Source of the DNA: Bryobacteraceae bacterium
GTDB lineage: Bacteria > Acidobacteriota > Terriglobia > Bryobacterales > Bryobacteraceae
Length of the DNA stretch: 64,000 nucleotides
Assembly (NCBI GenBank): GCA_049511495.1
Contig: JBEKXZ010000003.1
Span: forward strand, 117,411 to 181,410
Reading direction: 5' to 3'
A program made the position numbers and the translations under genes. A model generated the notes under the pieces. It saw nothing but the letters and a program-made list of their open reading frames with translations. It was not told the origin of the DNA and ran no database searches. Every line of letters begins with the position of its first letter. Within the stretch, counting starts at the first letter, position 1. This document shows, in pieces, positions 54,848-63,442 of the stretch.

Positions 54848-57589
54848 TTACGGCGCTTGCAGCACGCCGACTTTCTTGAAATCGCCGGCCTTGACGTAGC
54901 TGAATGCGGCCGGAACCACATGCTTGCGGAACGCCGCGTTCACTTCGTCCACGGTGAGCTTGCCGATCCTGGCTTCCAGCGCTTCGTCGAATTTGATGGT
55001 GCGGCCGAACCGCTCGCGGTTCAGAAGCAGACTGGCCAGCAGCCCGTCTTCGCTCCGGTGCAGCGTCAGCTCATCCTTCCACGCTTTTTTCTCCGCGGCT
55101 ACTTCGGTCTCCGTGAAGCCGTCCTTCAAAGCGCGGGCCAGCTCCTCGCGGAAGTCGGCTTCCACCTTGGGAGCGTTCTTGGGAGCGCAAATGGCCATGA
55201 CCAAAACTGTGGCGCCGTCGTCTTTGTGGTTCACGGCGATCGAGGAACTGACGCCATAGCTGAGCCCCTCGGCGTCGCGAATGCGGCGCACCAGGCGCGA
55301 GGAGAAGGTGCCGCCGAAAACCCGGTTAGCCATCATCGCAGCGGCGTAATCGGGATCGTCCATCCCGAGCGGCGTGTTCATGCCGGCGCTGAACACCGCG
55401 TTCTCCTTGTCGGGCGTTTCGATTTTGCGATCGATCGCATCCACATTCTGGTATGGTTCCGGCACGCGCTCGAAGTGGCTGGCGCTCTTCCAATCGCCGA
55501 ACAGCCCGGTGGCCAGCTTCTGGATCGCCGCCTCATCGAACTGGCCCACGATGGCCAGTATGGCGTTGTCGCCGCCGTAGAACTGTGCGTAAAACCGCTT
55601 GGCATCGTCCAGCGTGATCTTCTTCAAGTCTTCAATCCGCTCGTCGAAGGTGCTCACGTAACGCGTGTCGCCGCGCGGGTAGGGCTTCAAATGGCGCTGC
55701 AGCTCGAGCGGGCCGAGCGCCTGGGGCTCGGTCTTGGCGGCTTCGATACCGGCCAGGCGGGTTTGCCGCACCGGCTCGAATTCGCTTTCGGGGAAGGAAG
55801 GCTCGCGCAGAACTTCGGCGGCCAGCCGCAAAGCTCCGGGCAGGTTAGCCGCTACCGTTTCGATACTGACGTTGGCGCCAGTCACGCCGCCGCTCACGTT
55901 CAGTTGCGCCTTCAGGCGGTCCATCTCATCCTGGATCTGCTGGCGCGACTTGGTTTTGGTGCCGCGCATCAACAGGCCGCCCGCCATCGCCGCCGCCGTT
56001 TCCTTGCCCAGCAGCGATTTTTCGTCGCCGAAGCGGATGCCCAGCCGCACATGAACCGTGCCGCCGCGGGTCTGCTTGGGCAGCAGCAACAGTGTCATTC
56101 CGTTCGGCAGCTTGATTTTCTTCATCCGGGCCTCGATGTTGGCCGGCGCCGGATCGAATACCTCGCCCTGGGAAATCTGCTCGCCGCCTTTATAATCCTT
56201 GAACACCGCAGCCAAGTCTGGCGCCGCGGGGATCTCGGCCCGGTCCGGCGTCTTGTCGGGGATGAACTCGCCAAACGTGCGGTTGGATTCCTTGAGATAG
56301 GCCTTGGCTACGCGCAGCACGTCTTCGGGCGTGACGTTTTTGATTTCGTCGCGTTCCAGGAACAGCAGGCGCCAATCGCCCTCGGAAAGCACTTCACTCA
56401 GTGCCAGCGCCACCTGCTGCGTGTCCGCCATGGCGAGATCGATCTCTTTCAATAGCTTCGTTTTCGAGCGCTCCACTTCCTCTTTGCTGGGAGCGTCGCT
56501 GGCCAGACCCTCGACGTTCTTCAGAAGAATGGCACGCGCGTCGTCCAGGGACTGCTGCTGGCTCAAGATAGCGAGAGCCAGGAGGACGCCAGGATCGTGC
56601 AGCTCGATATGCATCACGCTGACGTTGGCGGCTTTCTTGGTATCGACCAGGGCCTTGTACAGGCGGCCGGAAGGAGTGTCGCCCAACATGTCGGAGAGCA
56701 CTTCGAGCACCGCCGAATCCGGATGGCTGCCGGCCGGAACGTGATACATCACCCCCACAGCCTGCTGGCTCCCCACGCGGCGCAATATCGCGGAGCGCTC
56801 CCCGTCTTGCGTCGGCTCGACCGTGTAGGTCGCCTCCAGTGTGCGCGCCGGCCGTGGAATCCGGCCGAGCGTGTCCGCCACCCACTGAAGGGTCGTGGTC
56901 TGATCGAACTTGCCGGCGATCGTCAGCACCGCGTCGTCGGGCTGGTAATACTTGTGATAGAAAGCCGCCAGCCGCTCGATGGGCACGTGTTCGATATCGG
57001 AGCGGTTGCCGATGGGCAGGTGCCCGTAGGCGTGCCACAGGTACGCGGTCTCGATCAGCCGCTCGATCATGATGTTCACGGGGCTGTTCTCGCCCATCTC
57101 GAACTCGTTGCGCACCACCGTCATCTCTTTGTCGAGGATCTCCTTTTCGACGCGCGTATTCACCATGCGGTCGGCTTCCAGCTCCAGCGCCCAGCGGAGA
57201 TTTTCGTCAGTCGCGGTCACCGTTTCGAAGTAGTTGGTGCGGTCCCACGCGGTTGTGCCGTTCATTTCCGCGCCGTGGTCGGTCAGTTCCTTCTTGATGT
57301 TGGTGCGCGTCTTGGTTTCCCGGAACATCAGGTGTTCCAGCAGGTGCGCCATGCCGGTTTCGCCATAGCCCTCCATGCGCGAACCCACCAGGTACGTGAT
57401 GTTCACCGTGACCTTGGGCTTGGAAGTGTCCGGAAACAACAGTACGTGCAGGCCGTTCGGATACGCGTACTCGGTGATGCCCTCGACCGACGTTACTTTC
57501 TGCACGCCGGGCGGCAGAGTCTGGCCAAATGCAGCCGCGCCCAGCAGAAGGGCGGCGGCGGCGATCGTGAACCGCGGAATATGTCGCAT
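54848..57589 (-). CDS. Large M16 family zinc peptidase (pitrilysin-like, both halves in one chain)
   Basis: 913 aa from MRHIPRFTIAAAALLLGAAAFG (the longer ORF would overlap lpxI). HLLEHLMFRET zinc motif. The M16 fold is duplicated. Confidence 0.85.
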   Translation of the reverse strand: MRHIPRFTIAAAALLLGAAAFGQTLPPGVQKVTSVEGITEYAYPNGLHVLLFPDTSKPKVTVNITYLVGSRMEGYGETGMAHLLEHLMFRETKTRTNIKKELTDHGAEMNGTTAWDRTNYFETVTATDENLRWALELEADRMVNTRVEKEILDKEMTVVRNEFEMGENSPVNIMIERLIETAYLWHAYGHLPIGNRSDIEHVPIERLAAFYHKYYQPDDAVLTIAGKFDQTTTLQWVADTLGRIPRPARTLEATYTVEPTQDGERSAILRRVGSQQAVGVMYHVPAGSHPDSAVLEVLSDMLGDTPSGRLYKALVDTKKAANVSVMHIELHDPGVLLALAILSQQQSLDDARAILLKNVEGLASDAPSKEEVERSKTKLLKEIDLAMADTQQVALALSEVLSEGDWRLLFLERDEIKNVTPEDVLRVAKAYLKESNRTFGEFIPDKTPDRAEIPAAPDLAAVFKDYKGGEQISQGEVFDPAPANIEARMKKIKLPNGMTLLLLPKQTRGGTVHVRLGIRFGDEKSLLGKETAAAMAGGLLMRGTKTKSRQQIQDEMDRLKAQLNVSGGVTGANVSIETVAANLPGALRLAAEVLREPSFPESEFEPVRQTRLAGIEAAKTEPQALGPLELQRHLKPYPRGDTRYVSTFDERIEDLKKITLDDAKRFYAQFYGGDNAILAIVGQFDEAAIQKLATGLFGDWKSASHFERVPEPYQNVDAIDRKIETPDKENAVFSAGMNTPLGMDDPDYAAAMMANRVFGGTFSSRLVRRIRDAEGLSYGVSSSIAVNHKDDGATVLVMAICAPKNAPKVEADFREELARALKDGFTETEVAAEKKAWKDELTLHRSEDGLLASLLLNRERFGRTIKFDEALEARIGKLTVDEVNAAFRKHVVPAAFSYVKAGDFKKVGVLQAP

Positions 57590-57713
57590 CGGTGCCTCGT
57601 TTCTACTTGCGGTGAAACCGCTCATTGCTTGCATTGGTGGGGCAGGCTGGACCCTGCCAACGCCCGCTAAGCTCCCAGGCCGGATTATACCAAGCACCGG
57701 GGATGCGGACGCT

Positions 57714-58520
57714 TCAGGCTTCGATGCCGACAATGGCAATATCGGCTTCATTGGCGGCTTCGATCATTTCCGCGCGGTCGAGCAGCAGGGTGCGTCCGGA
57801 CTCGACGGCGAGCACGGTGGCGCCGCACTCCCGCATCACCGGAATCGTTGCGTGGCCAACCGTGGGCACATCGAAGAGCAGATGCTCGCGGCGGCGCGCC
57901 ACCTTCACCAGCGCCAGGCGGCGTCCGTTGACTAGCCCGGCGGCGCGGCGCAGCATGGCGTCGGTGCCCTCCATGGCTTCCAGCGCCACGCAGGCGCGCT
58001 CGGAAATGGCCACCGCTTGTCCCACATCGAAACCCGCCAGCGCGTTGGCAACGCGGCAGCCGTATTCCACGTCCGCCATTTCCTCCTTGTCCGGTTTGCG
58101 CCGCGTCATAGCGCCCGCGGTTGCCAGCAGCGGCTTGAGGAGCCAGGTGGAATCGCGCAGGTGAATGCCCTCGGCTTCGAGCGCCTTCACGACGCCGCCA
58201 ATCAGGCCGTCGGTATTGCGCGCGGGCAACGACGCCAGCAGTTTCACCAGACGCCAGTCGGGCACGATCGACGAAAAGATCTTGGCGTGTTTCACCTGTC
58301 CGCACATCACCACTTCGGTGATGTTTTCGCTCTTGAGGATTTCGATCAGCTTGCTCAATTGCCCGAGCGAGATCCAGTGGCACCGTGGAGCCAGGCTGGC
58401 GACTTCGAGCGACGCCTCCTCTTCGATGGCAATCACCGTGACGTCGAGGCCCAGCCGCTGTGCGCTCTCCAGCGCCAGCAGCGGAAACCGCCCGTTCCCG
58501 GCTATTAGACCGTATCGCAT
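57714..58520 (-). CDS. lpxI: UDP-2,3-diacylglucosamine hydrolase LpxI (DUF1009)
   Basis: 268 aa. GLIAGNGRFP, VVMCGQVKH, VGQAVAISERACVALEAMEGTDAML. Confidence 0.75.
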   Translation of the reverse strand: MRYGLIAGNGRFPLLALESAQRLGLDVTVIAIEEEASLEVASLAPRCHWISLGQLSKLIEILKSENITEVVMCGQVKHAKIFSSIVPDWRLVKLLASLPARNTDGLIGGVVKALEAEGIHLRDSTWLLKPLLATAGAMTRRKPDKEEMADVEYGCRVANALAGFDVGQAVAISERACVALEAMEGTDAMLRRAAGLVNGRRLALVKVARRREHLLFDVPTVGHATIPVMRECGATVLAVESGRTLLLDRAEMIEAANEADIAIVGIEA

Positions 58521-58546
58521 TAATCTAAACTAAAACTCCAGGGCGT

Positions 58547-58652
58547 TGTGGGGCAGCTTGCCAAGCTGCGTGCCGATTGACAATCGGCTCGCGCGGCGAT
58601 TGGCCGGGGCACCCTCTGGGTCGCGCGCAGGATAACATCCTGCCCCACAAAG
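58547..58652. repeat. Nested triple-hairpin repeat, family B, copy 2
   Basis: TGTGGGGCAG...CTGCCCCACA arms. GCAGCTTG-CAAGCTGC and GCCGATTG-A-CAATCGGC hairpins are conserved. The third hairpin carries an insertion. Lies between lpxA and lpxI. Confidence 0.8.
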
Positions 58653-58681
58653 CTCATGCGCGCATTCCGTGTATCCATGTC

Positions 58682-59458
58682 CTATTTGATGATGCCGCGC
58701 TCGGAAGCGCGGATGAAATCGATCAGTTCCTCGATCTCGGGCAATGCCGGAACCTCGGCGTGGATGTGATCGATGGCTTGCGAGGTATTGAGGCCGGCGC
58801 GCGTCAACAGACGGAACGCGGTTTGCAGCGCTTCGACAGTGGCCTTATCGAAACCACGCCGCTCCAGGCCGATCGCGTTAGCGCCGAACACGGCCGATTC
58901 CGGCTTGTGGCTGGTCAGCGAATACGGCAGTACGTCCTGCTTGATCACGCTGTAAGGCCCGATGAACGCGTGGCGGCCGATGCGGCAAAACTGGTGGATG
59001 CCGCTGAACGGGCTCACATCCACCCAGTCTTCGATGACGACGTGGCCGGCCACGCCCACGCTGTTGCCCAGGATCACGTGATCGCCGATGCGCACGTCGT
59101 GCGCCACGTGCGCCTGCACCATGATCAGGTTATCGCTGCCGATGGAAGTGACCAGCCCGCCGCCCTGGGTCCCGCGATGAATAGTGACGAACTCGCGGAT
59201 GCGGTTGCGGTGGCCGATGCGCGTTTCGGCGCGCTCACCTTTGTACTTCAGGTCCTGCGAGGCCACGCCTACCGTGCTGTAAGGAAAAAAGACGTCATCC
59301 TCGCCGATCCATGTGGGGCCTTCCAGGTAGAGGTTGGCCATCAGCCGCGTGCGGGCGCCGATTTCCACTTCCGGCCCCACCACGCAGTAAGGGCCGATTT
59401 CGGCGCTTTCCGCCACGCGCGCCCGCGCGTCGACGATCGCGGTCGGATGAATGGGCAT
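58682..59458 (-). CDS. lpxA: Acyl-ACP--UDP-N-acetylglucosamine O-acyltransferase
   Basis: 258 aa. Left-handed beta-helix hexapeptide repeats from MPIHPTAIVD. HRGT, G.HQF.RIG.H. Confidence 0.9.
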   Translation of the reverse strand: MPIHPTAIVDARARVAESAEIGPYCVVGPEVEIGARTRLMANLYLEGPTWIGEDDVFFPYSTVGVASQDLKYKGERAETRIGHRNRIREFVTIHRGTQGGGLVTSIGSDNLIMVQAHVAHDVRIGDHVILGNSVGVAGHVVIEDWVDVSPFSGIHQFCRIGRHAFIGPYSVIKQDVLPYSLTSHKPESAVFGANAIGLERRGFDKATVEALQTAFRLLTRAGLNTSQAIDHIHAEVPALPEIEELIDFIRASERGIIK

Positions 59459-59461
59459 CGG

Positions 59462-59920
59462 CTACGCCTGGGCGGGGCCGGTTTCTTCCTTGTCCGCCAG
59501 CTTGCACATCACTTCCACTTCGGCCACCACCACGCCATCCACCGTGGCTACGCCGGCCATCTTGGCTACGGTGGCCTTGCGCTTCAGCACCTTCATTTCC
59601 ATGCGGAGCACGTCGCCCGGCACCACCGGCTTGCGGAATCGCGCGTTCTCCACCGCAACCAACAGCACCAGCTTGCTATGCCGGTCGGGGATCGACTTCA
59701 GCACCAGCACACCGGCAGTCTGTGCCATGGCTTCGATGATCAGCACGCCCGGCATGACGGGGAAATCCGGGAAATGGCCGGTGAAACACGGTTCATTGTG
59801 GGTGACGTTCTTGATGCCGACCACGCGCTCGGCTTCTAGCTCCACAATGCGGTCCACCAGCAGGAACGGGTACCGGTGCGGGAGAATGTCCCGGATTTCA
59901 TTGATATCCAAAATGGCCAT
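59462..59920 (-). CDS. fabZ: 3-hydroxyacyl-ACP dehydratase
   Basis: 152 aa. LPHRYPFLLVDRI, FTGHFPDFPVMPGVLIIEAMAQ. Confidence 0.92.
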   Translation of the reverse strand: MAILDINEIRDILPHRYPFLLVDRIVELEAERVVGIKNVTHNEPCFTGHFPDFPVMPGVLIIEAMAQTAGVLVLKSIPDRHSKLVLLVAVENARFRKPVVPGDVLRMEMKVLKRKATVAKMAGVATVDGVVVAEVEVMCKLADKEETGPAQA

Positions 59921-61082
59921 GGAACTGAGTATTATAACAGCCGTGGATTCGATTCTACGGCAATTGAAGGGCTACCAGGCGGAAATTGTGGAACTGATCG
60001 GGCGATTTGTCGAGTGCGAATCGCCTAGCGACGATCGCGCGGCGGTGGACCGGTTCGTCGATCTGGTTTGCGACACGCTGGCGCCGGTGGCGCGGCTGAA
60101 GACCGTTGCCGGCGGGCGCTTCAGCCGTCACCTGCTCGCCGAAATGAAGCTGCCCGGGCGCGGGAAAAGCGGACAAATTCTGGTGCTGGGCCACTCGGAC
60201 ACGGTCTGGCCCGTGGGTACGCTGCGCAGCATGCCATTGCGGAATTACCGCGGCCGGGTGTGTGGGCCGGGCGTGCTGGATATGAAAGCCGGGATAGCGT
60301 TTTTCGTTTTCGCCGCGCGCGCGCTGCGCGAGATGGACTTGGCCGTCTCCTCGCGGGTGCTGTTGCAGCTCAATTCCGATGAAGAGGTCGGCAGCGTGAG
60401 CTCGCGCGCGCTTACGGAAGAGAACGCGCGGCGCAGCCACACCGTGCTGGTGCTCGAGCCCGGCACCGGCTTGGAGGGTAAGCTCAAAACCGCGCGCAAA
60501 GGGGTCGGCGTGTTCACCGTGACGGTGCGCGGTAGGGCCTCGCACGCCGGCGTGGATTTCGAAGCTGGCGCCAGCGCGGTGCTGGAACTGGCGCGGCAAA
60601 TCGACACCATCGCCGGGTTCACCAATCTCGAGCGCGGCATCACCGTGAATGCGGGCGTGATCGCCGGCGGTACGCGCTCGAATGTGGTGGCGGCCGAAGC
60701 GCGCGCCGAAGTGGATATCCGCGTGGCCCACTTGCGTGACACCGTGCCGCTCGAACGAAAATTCCGCGCGCTCAAGCCCTTCGACCCGCGCTGCACCATC
60801 GCCGTGAGCGGCGGCTTGAACCGCCCGCCGCTCGCACCGAGCGCCGTAGGGAAGCGGCTGTTTCGGACGGCGCGCAAACTGGCGCTCGAGTTGGGAATCG
60901 AGTTGGAGGAATCCTCGAGCGGCGGCGGCTCGGACGGCAACTTCACCGCGGCTTTGGGCATCCCTACGCTCGACGGTCTGGGTGCAGTTGGCGAAGGCGC
61001 CCACGCCGCGCACGAAAGCATCCTCATCAACCGGATCGCCGATCGCACGGCGCTGCTCGCCAAGCTGCTGCTGGCGCGGTAG
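59913..61082 (+). CDS. M20 family metallopeptidase (carboxypeptidase G2-like)
   Basis: About 389 aa (ATG 59913 or 59919). GHSDTVWP, GPGVLDMKAG, NSDEEVGS, GGGSDGNF. Confidence 0.8.
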   Translation: MAMELSIITAVDSILRQLKGYQAEIVELIGRFVECESPSDDRAAVDRFVDLVCDTLAPVARLKTVAGGRFSRHLLAEMKLPGRGKSGQILVLGHSDTVWPVGTLRSMPLRNYRGRVCGPGVLDMKAGIAFFVFAARALREMDLAVSSRVLLQLNSDEEVGSVSSRALTEENARRSHTVLVLEPGTGLEGKLKTARKGVGVFTVTVRGRASHAGVDFEAGASAVLELARQIDTIAGFTNLERGITVNAGVIAGGTRSNVVAAEARAEVDIRVAHLRDTVPLERKFRALKPFDPRCTIAVSGGLNRPPLAPSAVGKRLFRTARKLALELGIELEESSSGGGSDGNFTAALGIPTLDGLGAVGEGAHAAHESILINRIADRTALLAKLLLAR

Positions 61083-61168
61083 GACAGACGATCGGTCTTT
61101 GTCGTCTGTCTAGGCTTGTGCTATGTCGAGATACGACAGACCACCAAAGGCGATGGTCCGTCCTACCT
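61082..61168. repeat. Twin-hairpin intergenic repeat, family A, copy 2
   Basis: GACAGACGA-TCGGTCTTTG-TCGTCTGTC, a 24-nt spacer, then GACAGACCA-CCAAAGGCGA-TGGTCCGTC-CTACCT. Begins on the last base of the M20 peptidase stop codon, between convergent genes. Confidence 0.8.
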
Positions 61169-61188
61169 CGGCGGCGCAGTCACGCGCC

Positions 61189-63386
61189 TTACTCCCCCAC
61201 CACCGTAACTGTCTTATCCGACTTGACGTCTGCTGACGAACTGCCCACCATCAAGCTCACCTGGTCCGCTTCCACTTCCCAGCGCTGTCTGGCCATGTCC
61301 CAATAGGCCAGCGTCTCCGCTTTCAGCGGCAGCACAACCGTGCGTGTCTGGCCGGGTGCGAGCGTGACGCGGCGGAAGGCCTTCAGCTCTTTGAGCGGCC
61401 GATCCACGCCGGAGTTGAGGTGCTTCACATAGAGTTGCACCACTTCATCGCCCCGCCGCTTGCCCGTGTTCGTCACATCCACGCTGACGGTGATCTCGCC
61501 CCCGGCGCGCAATGTCGCGGCGCTGGTCCTCAAGTTGGAATACCGGAAAGTCGTGTAACTCAAGCCGAACCCGAAAGGATAGAGCGGGTCGCCCTGGAAA
61601 TACATGTAGGTTCTGCCGTGGCGTATGTCATAGTCCATCTTGGCCGGAACCTGGTCGAGCGAGCGCGGAAACGTCTGCACCAGCCGGCCGCCGGGGTTGT
61701 AGTCTCCGAAGAGAATCTCGGCGATGGCGGAACCTTCCTCCTGCGCGTTGTGCGTGATGTGCAGAATGGCGGGCACGTTCTGCTCGGTCCAATTGATGGC
61801 GAACGGAAAACTGGAAACCAGCACCACCACCGTTTTGGGATTGGCTGCATACACCTGTTTCACCAACGCTTCCTGTTCCAGGTCGATCCACTTGCGGTCC
61901 ATGGCTTCTTTGCCATCGCTCGGCGTGGGGCATTGGGCCCACGGCGCATCGCAGGTGGGATGATTGCCGACGAACACAATCGCCACGTCCGATTGTTTGG
62001 CCGCGTTCACCGCGGCATCGTCGTCGTTGTTGGCCGCGTAGTTCACTTTCACCGCGCCGGCTTTGTCTTTGATTCCGTCGAGCGGGGTGATCGTGTAAGG
62101 GGGTGTGCCGCTGTACCAGTCCAGCGCCACGCTGTTCGCGCGCGGGCCGATCACCGCGACCGATTTCACCGCATTCCGGTTTAGCGGCAGCAAACCGCCC
62201 GCGTTCTTGAGCAGCACGACCGATTCAAGCGCCACCTGTTTCGCCACCGCCTTGTGGTCGCCCAACTTCCAGGCATCCTCATCGCCCTTGATCTTGGTGT
62301 AAGCAACCCGCTCGGGAGGGTCGAGCATGCCGAGCTTGATCATCACGCGGAACTCATTTTCGAGCACCGCGTCGATCTCGCGTTCGGTCAGCAGATTCTG
62401 CTGGAGCGCTTCACGCACCGCCTTGCCGAAGATGCCGTCGAGAAACTGGTTGATGCCCGCCTTGACCGCACCCGCCGCGGCGTGCGGCATGTCGGCGTAA
62501 TACTTATGGGCGTTGACCATGCCTCCCAGCGCGCCGGCATCGGTGCAGATGATGCCGTCTTGCCCCCACTCCTTGACGGTAATGTCCCTCAGAATGGGAC
62601 TGGCCGTCGCGGGGATTCCGTTGATGGCGTTGTAAGCCGCCATGTAGGCGCGCGATCCTCCTCCGATCACGCCCATGCGGAAGGGCACGGAATAATACTC
62701 GCGCAGCAGCCGCTCGTCGAAATTGGAAGACGAACTGCCGCGGCGATCCTCGTTGCTGTTGGCCAGAAAATGCTTCATCAGCGAAGCCGTCAGCCAGTAC
62801 TTCGGGTCGTCGCCCTGCAGCCCCTTGACCATCGCCACTACCATAGTCCCGTTGAAGAACGGGTCTTCGCCGAAACACTCCTCGGTGCGCCCCCAGCGCG
62901 GATCGCGGCCCAGGTCGGCATTCGGTGCGCGCACCACCAGCCCGCCGCGGTGCCCGGTCTTGTCGCTCTGATAAATGTAGCGCGTCTCGTAGCCTTCCAC
63001 GCCGCCCGCTTTGCGCACCAGTTCCGGGTCCCACGTCTCGCCCATGCCGATCGCCTGCGCGAACTGCGTTGTCGGGATCGGCGTCGGCCGGCCCCATCCG
63101 CCGGGTCCGCCCAGCGCGAGGCCATGCAAGCCCTCCACGTGGTTCGTGCCGTGAATGCTCAGCGCGGCACGCTGGGATCGGTGCTCAAACAATGAATCTT
63201 CTCGTCCACTGTCATCAGCGAGACGATGTTGCGCACCCGCTGCTCAATCGGCAGGTTCGGGTTTTGAAATGGATATTGATACTGCGCAGAGGCGGTTCTC
63301 GCGCCCCACGTTGCAAGCAGGCACAACCCCGCAACCAGGCGCATCGTGTTTTTCATGACGATGGCTCCTCGCGATTCCTTCATCAA
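61189..63386 (-). pseudogene. Glycoside hydrolase family 3 (beta-glucosidase/xylosidase type) interrupted by a 1-nt frameshift
   Basis: The N-terminal 75 codons (signal peptide, PFQNPNLPIEQRVRNIVSLMTVDEKI...DPSVPR) are in one frame. The rest (LSIHGTNHVEGLHGLA... to the Fn3-like C-terminus) is in another. The frames meet at about 63160-63166. Confidence 0.75.
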
Positions 63387-63442
63387 GATAGTAACCCCGC
63401 TACGGCGCAGCCGTCGAGACTGCCGGGCGATATAATCCGGGA

